DNA of 62,896 bases, filler included, from Octopus bimaculoides (Eukaryota): the NCBI RefSeq assembly GCF_001194135.2. It is 7 parts of 7 records of this genome, joined end to end, with 100 filler letters (N's around TTAATTAATTAA, not from the genome) between each part and the next. Parts side by side here need not be neighbours in the genome. Positions count along the whole stretch, not along the records: positions 34,643 to 56,398 come from NC_069001.1; positions 56,499 to 58,317 come from NW_026433685.1; positions 58,418 to 59,733 come from NC_068989.1; positions 59,834 to 61,170 come from NW_026409198.1; positions 61,271 to 62,896 come from NC_068985.1; 2 more parts are not named here. One strand, 5' to 3'. Position 1 is the stretch's first letter. Each line of letters opens with the position of its first letter. Below are positions 49,061-62,882 of the stretch, piece by piece. The notes below the pieces were generated by a model, which saw only the letters and a program-made list of their open reading frames with translations, was not told where the DNA came from and searched no databases. Made by a program: the position numbers and the translations under genes.

Positions 49061-49533
49061 ACTCTCTGTGTCCTTATGTATGTTGTCTGTGTATGTTTCA
49101 GTGCGTGTACATATGTGTAATTGCATCCTCTGCTTCACAGAAAAATTTCACATCAACAAAAAGTTTTGTTTATGTCATTAATAAGAAAAACAAACTATTG
49201 TGAGCTCGACGTACAAACAAGTTGTTGCTTCTAAATTTCAAAGAAGATTGTGACAAATGATAACTGATGTTTTATAGTGCTTCCACCACATTGAAATTGA
49301 ATCATCCAATTACTTTCCAATAATCTTACATGTATCCTCAACCAAATTCAACTCCCGTACGCCCGTCTAATCTTTGTTCAAATACAACTAAATTGACACA
49401 AACTCACATTTTACTTTGATACTTGTAAGTATCTACGCTTGCATGTCTGTGAGTGTGAATCATGTGTACATAAAAAACATTGATATCAATACATATATAC
49501 TAAAATGCACATATACATATATGTGTGTATGTT

Positions 49534-49609
<76 letters not shown>

Positions 49610-50065
49610 TACATACATACATACATACACAGATAGAGGGGGGGGGGCTCAAATAAGTTTGCATGCCAACTTACAAATATAGAAACTTTGGAACTTCGCT
49701 TTTTACACGTATGATGTGCTCTTTGGGAATTCACGCGAACGATACAACCTTTTGAAATGCATTCTTTTAACGATAAAATATATTTCTTTATTGCTTCCAA
49801 GCAAACGGTTCTGATCAAGTTTGACATATTTAAAAATAAAAAGATGATTCTCTGCACTTCTCATTAAAACTTATTTTCAAACAGAATGTTATGTAGCATA
49901 TAAGAAAAGCGTGTACAAAGATTACTGTGTTATCTTAAAGTCGATTTAAAACAATAGATTAGTTAAATTTACGATAAACACATTGCATCAAAGATAAGTA
50001 TTTGAAGACGGACGTTTGCTCATAACTTGTTAGATTATGCCTTTATCAGAATTTTATCAATATAA

Positions 50066-50250
50066 AAGCCGGGCGAATGCATAGCGATATTTCGTCTGTC
50101 TTTACGTTCTGAGTTGAAATTTCGCCGAGATCGACTTCACCTTTCACCTTTTCGGTTGTCGATAAATTAAGTACCAGTTGCGTACAGGGGCCGATCTAAT
50201 CGTCTGGTCACTGCCCCAAAGCTGCGGGCATTGTGCCTAGAGTAGAGAAG
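50066..50250 (+). mobile_element. Family B SINE (5'-truncated)
   Basis: GCCGGGCGAATGCATAGCGATATTTCGTCTGTCTTTACGTTCTGAGTTGAAATTTCGCCGAGATCGACTTCACCTTTCACC...GTCGATAAATTAAGTACCAG. Confidence 0.85.
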
Positions 50251-50675
50251 ATTAATTTATTAATATGCTCCTGTGTGTTTGTGAACGCGTGTGTATGTGT
50301 AGTGAGTGTGTGTGTGTATGCGTGTATTTGCGTGTGTGTATGTGTGTGTATTTGCATGTGTGTACAGCTCTCAGAAATTCTGCAGCTTATATATACATAT
50401 ATGCATTGCATCATTTACTTTGATATGTGTCAAAAAATGTATAAGTGTAAACGAAATTTTTTTCTGCCTCTTTCTTCACCAGATCTTATAGCAATCGGTC
50501 AGTGTCCCGGCTATCATCCCCAATTAGAAAATTCTCTTATGCTTCCTAGCGTTTAAAGAAACCCTTTTTTTTTTTTTATCAGTAAACCTTTAAATATCAA
50601 CCAGATGGACAGTATGCTTTCTGTGTGAAGCATTTAGAAAATTAGAGACAGTTATGTGTGTGTGTGTGTGTATGT

Positions 50676-50714
<39 letters not shown>

Positions 50715-51021
50715 CGTGTGCCTGTGTGCGCGCGTGTGTGTGTATATGCATGTGTGCAGGTATGTATGTGTTTGTGTGCGTTTGACTGTGTTCAGCCTGG
50801 GGTCGATTCATTCATTTAAAATGTCCCAGCATGTGTGCAGGTCTAATGACTGAAAGAAGTAGAAGAATATTAATAATGAATATATTATTATTATTAATAC
50901 TAATATAATTTGACCTCAATTATTAATATACTTTTACTTAATTCAGTCATTAACTGACGCCATGCTGGGTTATCAAGAATTGTAGACGAATGAATCATCC
51001 TCAGTCTGAACGGAGACGCAC

Positions 51022-51094
<73 letters not shown>

Positions 51095-51390
51095 AGCACT
51101 CATAAACACACATACACACATATAAACCATAAATATTTAGAAACACTGAGAGGTATGTTTATTTAAACACGTGATCTCCTTAGGATGACGTTTGTTTCAC
51201 CAATTTCGTGTCGTGTAGTGGAATTAATTATGTTTATATCGAAATTTCCAGTTTCCAATGCAACAAGCTACTCCTATTTTTCTGATTATCTGGCTTGCAG
51301 AACAGTCTTGTCCAGTTATACATGCAATGTGAAATCAGTTATTCAGACATTATACTTGTACTTTCGTTAGCCAATATTTTCCTCAAATAA

Positions 51391-51602
51391 AGCGGCGGGC
51401 TGGCAGGATCGTTAGTATGCTGGGCAAAATGCTTAACCGTATTTTGTTCGTCATTACTGATTGATTTCAAATTACGTCGGCATCGATTATGCATTTCATC
51501 CTTCGAGGTCTATAACAGAAGCACCAGCTAATCACCGGGGTCCATGCAATCGACTAATCCCCTCACTGGAAATCGATGGCTATGTGAGAAAATTCGAAAC
51601 GT
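51391..51602 (+). mobile_element. Family B SINE (diverged)
   Basis: GCGGCGGGCTGGCAGGATCGTTAGTATGCTGGGCAAAATGCTT...CATTTCATCCTTCGAGGTCTATAA. Confidence 0.75.
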
Positions 51603-51663
51603 TTGTTTTCTTCAGCTTTTAAAACCGATACTGCATGATTCTACTTAACCCTAGATGAGTATT

Positions 51664-51912
51664 ACTCTTTTACTTGTTTCAGTCATTTGACTGCGGCTAT
51701 GCTGGGGCACCGCCTTTAGTCGAGCAAATCGACCCCAGGACTTATTCTTTGTAAGCCTAGTACTTATTCTACCGGTCGGTATTTTGCCGAACCGCTAAGT
51801 TATGGGGGCGTAAACACACCGGCATCGGTTGTCAAGCNNNNNNNNNNNNNNNNNNNNNNNNNNNNNNNNNNNNNNNNNNNNNNNNNNNNNNNNNNNNNNN
51901 NNNNNNNNNNNN

Positions 51913-51967
<55 letters not shown>

Positions 51968-52135
51968 TATATATACGACGGGCTTTTTTCAGTTTCCGTC
52001 TACCAAATCCACAAAAGGCTTTGGTCGGTCCGAGGCTATAGTAGGAAACACTTGCCCAAAGTGCCACGCAGTGGGACTGAACCCGGAACCATGTGGTTGG
52101 TAAGCAAGCTACTTACCACACAGCCAGTCCTGCGC
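51664..52135 (-). mobile_element. Full-length, well-preserved family A SINE with internal (TA)/(TG)n and small gap
   Basis: Minus strand GCGCAGGACTGGCTGTGTGGTAAGTAGCTTGCTTACCAACCACATGGTTCCGGGTTCAGTCCCACTGCGTGGCACTTTGGGCAAGTG ... GCTTGACAACCGATGCCGG ... GACTGAAACAAGTAAAAGAGT. Confidence 0.92.
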
Positions 52136-53059
52136 CTATAAAATGTCATATGATTATATAGAAGCACATCGCCTGGCTTAATCGTTTGACGTTGTCCAAG
52201 GAAACGCTTGACAAGATGAAATAAGTAACACGTGAAACATGTAACACGTATTATATAGGTAAAGTAGAGTATTTAAGCAATGAATATCCTGCTTTATTTA
52301 TATGAAATAAACAGCATATAGCACACAATGACAAAAACCTCCCTATTCAATGTATTCGATATTTCTAATATGAGTATTATTTGAATTGTATATGGCTTCT
52401 ATTTCCAGCCTGTTGAGTGTCTACGCTTACGCTTCATGTTTGGCTCACATTGTGAATCAGTTAGGTGCAATGTTATTCCACGAATTTGCATATTTATTTA
52501 TTTATTTATTTATCTATCTCCAATGTAAACAGAGAGAGAAGCGCAGAACCATAAAATAGAACTTAAACAGCCATAACAAACAAATAAATAAATTAACGAA
52601 CAAACAAATAAATAAACGAATAACAATAACGACATAAAACACACTAAAAAAAAAATATATATATAAATACATTAAAATGAAAGAAAATGAAGAAATAATG
52701 CATAAAATATATTCACTGAATCATGTGATTCTTCATATAGTACCAGGCATAAAAATAGAATTTTAAAATGAAGCACAATAACACAAAACCAAAAAGAAAT
52801 GTAGGGGAATCATTTTTTAAAATCCCTTTCTGTTATTCCTTTCCACTTGTGCACCCTTTTGTAATGGTGTACAACATATGCATTTTTCTATTTTTCGCGG
52901 TTATTTTTTTTTAATGTTTTACAACATATGCAATGCAAGATTAACCAATAATGTTTCATATATTTGAACAGAAATAACGAACATCTGTTATCACTCGCTA
53001 CAACTTTTAAGTTAATTGGCTTCCAACAGTAAGCACATACACTCACTCGTATCTTTCCC

Positions 53060-53175
<116 letters not shown>

Positions 53176-53613
53176 ACACATATATGTAAACAAGCACATA
53201 AACAAGCGCACATACGGATATTTGAGAATATGTGTGTGTACAAAAACATTCCTACGCAAGCTTACGTATTTATGTGTGCATGAACTTATTTAAACGCATA
53301 AATAGATGGGTGTATAATAATATTTTTTACATATATACTCATCTATTTAACTACTTGTGTGTTTTCACGTGTATGCATATCGTTATCGATCTGAGATTGC
53401 GCGGAATATAATAATTTATGTGAGTCGTGCGTGCGTGATTGGGGGGGGGGGGTGTATGTATTACCACGAGTGATTCGTATCATGTGTGCCGCTGCCATAC
53501 AGCAATTGTCAAAACCATATTACGCAAATGCTTACCCTCATGCTACAATATGTAATTGTTACATTGCACTAACAGTGACTCACAATGATTGTCTTTGTTC
53601 CGTTGAGCTACCA

Positions 53614-53681
53614 GGGCCCACGTCATTCAATTTATTGGTTCCTTGGGCCCACGTCATTCAATTTATTGGTCCCTTGCCCAC
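53614..53681. repeat. 31-bp tandem duplication (2 copies plus a stub)
   Basis: GGGCCCACGTCATTCAATTTATTGGTTCCTT at 53614-53644 and 53645-53675, one mismatch. Confidence 0.9.
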
Positions 53682-53974
53682 ACTCCTTTTATCCTCTCGT
53701 CATATCTCATTTTGTCGGACCCCTAAGCAATATCGTATTCATCAGGTCCAGTCTTTCTTTTCAAGGATGACCCCACCGCTTTCTGTTTCCTTTTTGTGTT
53801 TCAGGCACGTATTAGATTATACATTTTCAAGAGGAATATAAATAGTAGCTGTGACAAATCGTAAAAGGCCCTGCGAAAAAATATGGGTATCATCCTCTAC
53901 TCCACACAAGGCAAAAAGAAAAAGAAATCGCATAAGAATTGCTATATGTATTATGTATATACAGATAAAATACG

Positions 53975-54037
<63 letters not shown>

Positions 54038-54147
54038 TAAATATATCTGTGTATATGTATATAAATATATATATTTGCATATATATGTGCGTATATATAT
54101 GTATGTATGCATATATATACACACACGTGTGTGTGTGTGTGTATGTG

Positions 54148-54178
<31 letters not shown>

Positions 54179-55267
54179 GGATATGAGATATCGAGAATAA
54201 CTTCAATTTCAGATTCATTAAATTCTCCCAGCACATCAAAATATTACCGTTCTTATAAATGTTGAAAGTGATATACGATAGTATATGTCTCTATTCTTCT
54301 CTTCCATTACCCAATTCGTCTTCAAGTTGTCCTCTGGCTTACTGTTATTGTTGTATTATAATTGCACTTATATCTAAGATTCCTTACCGGAATTCTAAAC
54401 CTATCCAGGTTCTTGATTGCTACTTAGTTCTTCTATGTCGGTGCGGGCATGACTGTGTGGAAAGAACATTCCTACCCAATTACATTGTTTGGAAGTTCAT
54501 TGCGTTGTGTGGAACTTTGGACAAGTAATCTTTTCTAAAGTCTTGTCTGTGAGTGAAATGTTAATGTTAGACGGAGAATGATATGTATCTATATTAATAG
54601 TAGTAAGGAGTATGGAAACTTGTACATATGGAGATGTGTACATACATAATATTTATTTTATAGCTATATACAGTATATTATAATGACCTACAAGTGTGTC
54701 TTCTGAGGCGAATGCATATATTTGCAGATGCATCCTTGCAATATTTTCAGTGCAGTTTCATCATTTGTCCTCCTCGACTTGTGTTGGTTCTCACCAGTGC
54801 CTGACAGTGTGTTACTTTACTTAAGACTCTGTAATTTAACGGATATAACGACAACCATTGAATACCCAGAAGTTTTATTTTAGATAATGTGTTGGGATCA
54901 ATTTCTTTCAGTGAACCTATCAAACTGTATGTATTCCCAATATAGCCGCAGCTCAGTGACTAAAACAAGTAAAACATAAATGATAAGGATGAATACAAGG
55001 ATGAATCCGGCGAAATGAAACTCCGCTAAATTATCTGTAAAATTCTTGATGTATTAGCATCAATGTTCATATTCTTTCCTGCTCTAATTGACATGGTGCA
55101 CTTTAACCGAGATTTATTTCCTTTGCATCTCCGCATCATCTATTTCTTTCAGCCAATTTTCCTCATCACATGCATGTTGCAGAGCTAAATTAGCAAAATG
55201 TTCACTACTGAATCCTACATTCTACGTTATCATAGTTGACAAAGTACATGGAATCTCATATCTTTTC

Positions 55268-55304
<37 letters not shown>

Positions 55305-55310
<6 letters not shown>

Positions 55311-55472
55311 GACGGGATTCTTTTCAGTTTCCGTCTACGAAAACCATTCATAAGGCCTTGGTTGGCACCAGGCCGTTGTAGAAGACACTTGTTTAAGGTG
55401 CCATGTAATGTCACTACAACTGTAACTATGTGGTTGGAAAACAAGCTTCTCACCACAGAGCGACGTCTGCGC
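55305..55472 (-). mobile_element. 5' half of a family A SINE
   Basis: Plus strand ATACGACGGGATTCTTTTCAGTTTCCGTCTAC...GAAGACACTTGTTTAAGGTGCCA...AAGCTTCTCACCACAG. Confidence 0.8.
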
Positions 55473-55483
55473 TTGCACACTAC

Positions 55484-55517
<34 letters not shown>

Positions 55518-55749
55518 TGTTAGATAAACATATACATACACACACATATATGTATACTATTCAAAAGGAATTCTTACTCTGCCTGTTTTTTTATGTTTTA
55601 TTTATATCCTTATGTAATTTATGTGGGATATATGGTATGGAATGAATAGCATATATAGTAAAATGAAATGAAGTATTGAATGTCTTATTGAATACATGAA
55701 ATATTGAATATTAAATATATAAGGACTAGTATACTTTCCTGCTTTCTAG

Positions 55750-55841
55750 CAGTCTTCAAGGTCCCGTGTGACAGAAGTGTTTGGAATGCGACATATAGTT
55801 CTGAAAATGTCCTCACAAATGAACATGTGGGATGCAGAAAT
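55750..55841 (+). CDS. Weak candidate plus-strand exon (92 nt, phase 1-0)
   Basis: ctttcctgctttctag acceptor and AAT|GTATGC donor; reads VFKVPCDRSVWNATYSSENVLTNEHVGCRN (a second frame is also open). Confidence 0.25.
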
Positions 55842-56589
55842 GTATGCTACAATACATCAATAAAATCTCAAAACTTCCATCCACTGGACGCTAGTATCAT
55901 TAGTATGCACGTTTTAAGCCGTAAAGAGTGCCACATACACACTCATTCAATATGATTACTTTGGAAGATGGAAATACGAGGCGAAGGCCGACAAGAAGCA
56001 TAGGAGTTATTAGAAGTGCATTCGGAGAGATTTTCCTCAACCTCTCACTCAAAAACTCCCTTTTAATACATTCATTCATTCCTTCCTCCAATCCTTTAGT
56101 CATTCACTCATTCATTCGTTCTTTTCCTTCTCTCTTTCTTTTTCTTTCTTGCTCAGACATAGAAATGCATACTCGTTCACGTACGTATATTCTCATACAC
56201 ACATCCAAGCAACAAAACCACCAACACGCCCATGAAAACTTACGCATGCATACACACACATACATTGGTATGTAGGTTTTTATTCTTCCACTCATGTCCT
56301 TCTGTAAGACGACATATATATGAGGCGTCCTGTCAAAGGTCACCTCTTTCGTGTATAAATACTTAAATTGTTTATACACTGATATATATATAGATATANN
56401 NNNNNNNNNNNNNNNNNNNNNNNNNNNNNNNNNNNNNNNNNNTTAATTAATTAANNNNNNNNNNNNNNNNNNNNNNNNNNNNNNNNNNNNNNNNNNNNAA
56501 TATTTCATTGTAAACAATCGTGTAACTGTAAGGGGATATGATAGTAAGGATCGGTAAATAAAAAAACGTACATGAAATATTCCTTTCTA

Positions 56590-56775
56590 CTATAGGAACA
56601 AGGCTTCAAATTTGGTGGAGTGAGTAGTCAACCATATTGACCCCAAAGCTTGANNNNNNNNNNNNNNNNNNNNNNNNNNNNNNNNNNNNNNNNNNNNACT
56701 CGGTGGAATTTGAACTCAGATTGCAAAGGTGTACGAAATACCGCCAGCGTGCTAACCTATCTGCTGATCACCGCG
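56590..56775 (-). mobile_element. Family B SINE interrupted by a gap
   Basis: ACTCGGTGGAATTTGAACTCAGA...CAGCGTGCTAAC plus the tail part ATAGGAACAAGGCTTCAAATTTGG...TTGACCCCA. Confidence 0.65.
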
Positions 56776-58417
56776 TGATGAACACGAAATAATGTTTACG
56801 CAACATGTAGTGCATAGGCNNNNNNNNNNAGTTGGGTTATGAACGCGGTAAGTGTTTAAATAAAACAAGTTTGCTGCTACTAAAATGTTTGTAGATATTT
56901 TCTTGATATTTCGATTATAATAAAGGCGAAATTTTGTCTGTCTGCGGCCCCTCTATCTCGGTTTACATTTGCTCTACAAAGACATATTATATCTTTTTGG
57001 AATGGGAATGAGCTCGGCATTGAGAATCTAACCTTCATTTGATTCTTGAANNNNNNNNNNNNNNNNNNNNNNNNNNNNNNNNNNNNNNNNNNNNNNNNNN
57101 NNNNNNNNNNNNNNNNNNNNNNNNNNNNNNNNNNNNNNNNNNNNNNNNNNNNNNNNNNNNNNNNNNNNNNNNNNNNNNNNNNNNNNNNNNNNNNNNNNNN
57201 NNNNNNNNNNNNNNNNNNNNNNNNNNNNNNNNNNNNNNNNNNNNNNNNNNNNNNNNNNNNNNNNNNNNNNNNNNNNNNNNNNNNNNNNNNNNNNNNNNNN
57301 NNNNNNNNNNNNNNNNNNNNNNNNNNNNNNNNNNNNNNNNNNNNNNNNNNNNNNNNNNNNNNNNNNNNNNNNNNNNNNNNNNNNNNNNNNNNNNNNNNNN
57401 NNNNNNNNNNNNNNNNNNNNNNNNNNNNNNNNNNNNNNNNNNNNNNNNNNNNNNNNNNNNNNNNNNNNNNNNNNNNNNNNNNNNNNNNNNNNNNNNNNNN
57501 NNNNNNNNAGAACTTTGGGACAAATTGACCAACAGTTGGAATTCAACTTGGGACTGGATCAATGGATTGATTGCACCAGAGAATTTTATTTTCATCTATT
57601 CTTAACGTCTGATGAAACACCAGCGGGGCATATAATCATTATAGACATATTATAGTTATGCTATTAGCTCTTATTATGTTTGTTCCATAAGCCTAATGAG
57701 TTCCGCACAGAGTGCAGCTTTTCAGTTAGTGTGTAATGAAGGAAAGTAGTTGCCTCATTAATTGTTCGATAATTTTCATATAATCACAATAGCTGCAAAC
57801 GAAATTTGACAATACAGCTTTGGTTATAAGTGTACAATATGTTTGGGACTAAGAATGTTTATGTACATCATATCTCTCTCTCTNNNNNNNNNNNNNNNNN
57901 NNNNNNNNNNNNNNNNNNNNNNNNNNNNNNNNNNNNNNNNNNNNNNNNNNNNNNNNNNNNNNNNNNNNNNNNNNNNNNNNNNNNNNNNNNNNNNNNNNNN
58001 NNNNNNNNNNNNNNNNNNNNNNNNNNNNNNNNNNNNNNNNNNNNNNNNNNNNNNNNNNNNNNNNNNNNNNNNNNNNNNNNNNNNNNNNNNNNNNGTTTGT
58101 GGGCACAAAACAGACCACACATTTGCTGGTCTGTCAAGCGGTATCATCCGATGATTTAAAGCATCCAATTGGCACGAACGGGTATGGTCATGTGATTACT
58201 TGTAGAAAGCAAGGAAAATACGCCAGTTGGCCGCAGTTTGAACCTAGATAGCATTCGCTACAACTTCATATGAGACATAGAAGAATCGAGTAACCTTCCT
58301 CTCTACAGCCGTCAATTNNNNNNNNNNNNNNNNNNNNNNNNNNNNNNNNNNNNNNNNNNNNTTAATTAATTAANNNNNNNNNNNNNNNNNNNNNNNNNNN
58401 NNNNNNNNNNNNNNNNN

Positions 58418-58457
<40 letters not shown>

Positions 58458-58559
58458 GCTATTTAAATAACGGGTAATTTGACTGCCCTCCCTAACATGT
58501 AGGTATCCACATGGAGGTCTTCTCTCTGTGTAGGAATTGTTATACACTATTATGTATAT

Positions 58560-58588
58560 ACTACACTTATTACCCAGCGTTGCCCGGT
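58560..58588 (-). mobile_element. Helitron-type 3' terminus
   Basis: Minus strand CCGGGCAACGCTGGG hairpin followed by GTAG|T; same motif family as 62855-62883. Confidence 0.45.
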
Positions 58589-59660
58589 AAAGTATTCTCA
58601 GAATTGTTTGGCAGGTTGCGAATGGGAATTCACGGTAGTTATGCATGTATAAATATCTAACCTAACGCCTGGACTTATTTAATTGGAACTATCCAAACAA
58701 TCGTAATCAATTTACATGAGTAGAACGTCTTTTTTAACACTATTTATCCTGAAAATCACCTGTTACTTTTCTTTTAAACTGATTGGAGAAAGTGAAAGAT
58801 ATATGAACGTATATATGAAATGGACGTGTGTATGTGAGATAGAGAGAGAGAGGGGTAGAAGAGAGAAAGAGTGGCACTTACTCATACATGAGAACACACA
58901 CCTTCACTAACTCACTCTCGCTTTCTCTCTCTCTCTCTCTCACACACACACACGCAAATGCACAAGTAGATACAAAAAGTGTATGTACATGTATTGATGA
59001 ATGTACGCATACATGACGACACACCCCTTCACTCACTCTCTTTCCCTCTTTTTCTCTCTCTCTCTCTCTCTTTCTGTCTCTCACTCTCTTTTACACATAC
59101 ACGTCCATTTCATATACACTTACATACATCTTTCACTTTCTCCTCTCTTTCATTTTAAAACAAAAGTAAATAAATAAATATCTTTTTACGGAAATTAAAC
59201 AACTGCGGATGATGAAATCACATTCAGTTAAAAATATTTCTAAATGATTAAAATATTGTGTACGTCAAAAAGTCGACTTTGCTTTCCTTAGAGAGCGCTA
59301 AGACTATGTGCATGTATCTGTCACGAGTAACGGACGTGTGCTTTGGTTGATTGACACATCATAACGTTCATTATATATGTGTGTATTCTGTATACGTGTT
59401 GCCGTCACGGAAGCCATGTCTGTTTTTCATTAAGAAATAAGAAACAAAAATTGTGTTTAACCGTTTTTATAGAGGTCCAAATGTCAAAAAAATGTGTAAT
59501 GCACTGCCGAAAGTATGAAAATAAATATGTAAAAACAATTAAGATAAATTATACTCTTTCTGAGATATTTCAGTTAACCATAAGCAACTCTACAGTTTTA
59601 GTATTATTGATGTATGTATGTATGTATGTATATGAGTTTGCGTGTGCATTTGTATGTGTG

Positions 59661-59733
<73 letters not shown>

Positions 59734-60384
59734 NNNNNNNNNNNNNNNNNNNNNNNNNNNNNNNNNNNNNNNNNNNNTTAATTAATTAANNNNNNNNNNN
59801 NNNNNNNNNNNNNNNNNNNNNNNNNNNNNNNNNACTTGACAGATGATTATTATTATAAAACCTTGACATTTTATGTATTGTACGAATAATTGCTTAAACG
59901 TGCATATATTTCGACTTCTTCCTATTTTATTTTATTGCATTTTTGAATATTAGGATACGCCTTTTTAATTTACAAGACCTGAAGAGTGTTCTCATTCCTA
60001 GTGGAACTTATCTTCATCGATTTATTGTAAATTGCCCAAATATTTTCCACTTTTATGTAGCCACGAAACGCGCGTAGTCTATTATTCACTTTCGTTTTTA
60101 TAAATTTGCTAAACTTAATTAAATTTTTAATCTAATATTTTATAGATTTTATGAATTATAAATTTTCTTTTGGATTTTATAGTTTTTTAAATTAGTATTT
60201 TGAAGAGTACGCTTTTCTTGATGGCGTCTGATCTCCTTTATTGTTTGAGTTGCATCTTGGTGGTTTTTGTCTAAATTATTAATATATTTTTCATTATATA
60301 ATTCAATTTGATATTATCAAATTGAATATCCTTGTAACTTCGGATTTTGACGTTCTCTAATATTATAATATGTATATATATATA

Positions 60385-60637
60385 TATTCAGATATGAATC
60401 ATTTGGGAGACATAATTTTCGCAAGCCAGGAGGAGGGCGAAACTGACATTTCAGAGTTCTTCACTTTGAAACCAAAAGAGTTTTACATTGATGGGATTAA
60501 AAAGCTTGTAAATAGATGGAAGGAAGTCATAGATAATCAGGGAAGTGCATTGATGATTAAATTTTAATTAAGTATAACATTTGATCACTTGTTTTCTTTA
60601 TTCAAAATTCGGACAGAACTTATGGGACGACCTGATA
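60385..60637 (+). mobile_element. 3' end of a mariner transposon (transposase C-terminus, right TIR, TA)
   Basis: MNHLGDIIFASQEEGETDISEFFTLKPKEFYIDGIKKLVNRWKEVIDNQG is a typical mariner C-terminus; TIR-like TCGGACAGAACTTATGGGACGACCTGA followed by TA (60636-60637). Confidence 0.85.
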
Positions 60638-61270
60638 GATACTATGAACTATGAGATCCAGTTTCCTGCCATCTCCACAGTTCTCTCTCTTATATGAATG
60701 CTACTGTAGTGGTTAGCCGCATTTAAGTAGCAAATATACTTCACGTTGTCGTGCAGCTACTGTTTATACCTCGTTCAGAGATTTATTATTGCTTGTTTAC
60801 ACTTTTTCGAGATCAGTGAATTTTCGTCACTGGAAAAAGGATATATATATATTTGCATTGGGACCCTTTACGCATCGAAGATCGGTGATTATCGTACGCT
60901 GACGAAGAATAAATACCCAGATGTGGCTGTGTGGTTATATATATATAATGAGAAAATGCAGAAAACATCTGATCAACAAGCACATCAATTGCATCACACT
61001 TTTGGCTTAATACAAACATGACATAACATTTATGCGACATAACAAATATTATGGTCGTTTCCACATCCGGTTCCAATCGATGTCTACAGATAATAGTGAA
61101 AATAAAATTCTTCATGTTCATAGGACATTTGAATCAGGGCATATATATATGTGTGTGTGTGCGGGGGGGTNNNNNNNNNNNNNNNNNNNNNNNNNNNNNN
61201 NNNNNNNNNNNNNNTTAATTAATTAANNNNNNNNNNNNNNNNNNNNNNNNNNNNNNNNNNNNNNNNNNNN

Positions 61271-61296
61271 GCGTGGTCTGAATAAATATCCGGACT
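61271..61296 (+). mobile_element. Possible mariner-type TIR at a gap edge
   Basis: GCGTGGTCTGAATAAATATCCGGACT resembles mariner terminal repeats; no partner TIR was found. Confidence 0.3.
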
Positions 61297-62128
61297 GTAA
61301 CCACAGTAACGAAATTAAAAGAAAGAATGTGTGCGTGTGTGTGCGTGTGCGTGCGTTCGTACGTGTATATGCGCGCGCGTATGTTCCTTACGCATTCGAA
61401 AATTTGGTTGCCCATGTTAACGTATGGGGTGTCAAAAGATTCATTAATTTTTTGGCTATATTCTATATTCTATATATGGCCATATTCTATATTCATTTAC
61501 ATATATTCTTCGTTATCTCAAGAACCAGCTATAGTTATTTGAAAGACACTGCTCTACAACGACCGACCTTCATTAGAAAGTGAAAATAGTTTCATACTTT
61601 CAATTTCAACTAAAATTTTTAAGTGTTGCATTACGAGAGTGACCATGGTTCAAAAATGAAAGTAACATTTCACTGAATCAATCACATCTGTACTATAATA
61701 AAGAAAGTTGCTTATCATCTATAATGTGATAAGGCTATAATATTCTTTCACTTTCATTCTTTCACTTTTAATTCTAATGTGATAACATTAAGATCATCTT
61801 ATTTCTATTATATTTGAAATGAATGAATAATTTACATCCTAATAGGAAGAAAATAACGCGTCGGTAAGTGTCCATCTTTACGGCCACCACAGCAGAATGA
61901 TGTGTCAGCGTATGTGTTGACTGATATAACGAATGGCTGGTGGTGAAATTCTTGACAAAAAAAATAATGTGGTGGCAGGTCCAAGGTATATAAAGTCATA
62001 CATTTACAGTTTAATTACCAGTTAATAATTACCGCAGCAGTTGCAAGGTTGCAAGGTATTTATAATTACATAATTACCCTTAAATTAACATTTAATACAT
62101 GTGCTTAATATATATATAAAAAAATTCA

Positions 62129-62882
62129 TCTATAATAATTATTGTGGCATTTACCGTTAAATTAGCGGTTCATACATGTTCTTCTATTTGGTTAATTTAT
62201 ACCGCATACAAAAATAGGGATCAATGTATAATTTCTTTCTAGGTTCATAATTTTTCGCAAAAACAGACTACGTACAAATTCGTCCTTCACCACTCCTCAA
62301 GCTGTTTTCAGATATGATCCATCCCATTCTTTTTAAAATGATAATTCTGTCCAAATTGGTGTGCGAAACACAAATTGTCGTTTCTGTAGAGGTTTAAAAT
62401 TTTCAAATGAAACAAATGGTATGTGCTGCTCAGGCGGCTAGTAATATTGCCAGCACTACCAGCTCCTTCTTAACCTCTTCTAGAAGACACTTCCATCCAG
62501 TCAAAGGATTTTCTGCACAATATCAGACAATACAACACTGCATTTCAAATAATATCGTATACTGCATCTAACAAGATAGTTAAACATGAATTTACGTCGA
62601 CGTCAAAGTTCAAGGGCAAGTCTATCACCTCATTGGTTCCACGTTTCAAAAATCACATAACGCCCACTCTCAATTTTCTACGACAGGTTAACGCCTGAAA
62701 TACTCCAAGCGGACGCATAGCATATTGCTTAGTCGAATTAGCCCATCATTTACTCCAGAAATGTTTTATTGTCAATGCTGCACTTTCTCATATCACCTGT
62801 TTCAACATTTCAACATAACTGTAATATACTATGTACAAACTATGCCATTTTAATCCCGAGCAACGCCGAGTATCTCTGATAG
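62129..62882 (+). mobile_element. Internally deleted Helitron carrying the N-terminal Rep-helicase region
   Basis: 62300-62645 reads FRYDP...VQIGVRNTNCRFCRGLKFSNETNGMCCSGG/VILPALP/SKDFLHNIRQYNTAFQI/KVQGQVYHLIGS. 3' hairpin CCCG-AGCAACGC-CGAG then ATAG|T (CTAG variant); candidate 5' A|TCTATAATAAT at 62129. Confidence 0.75.
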
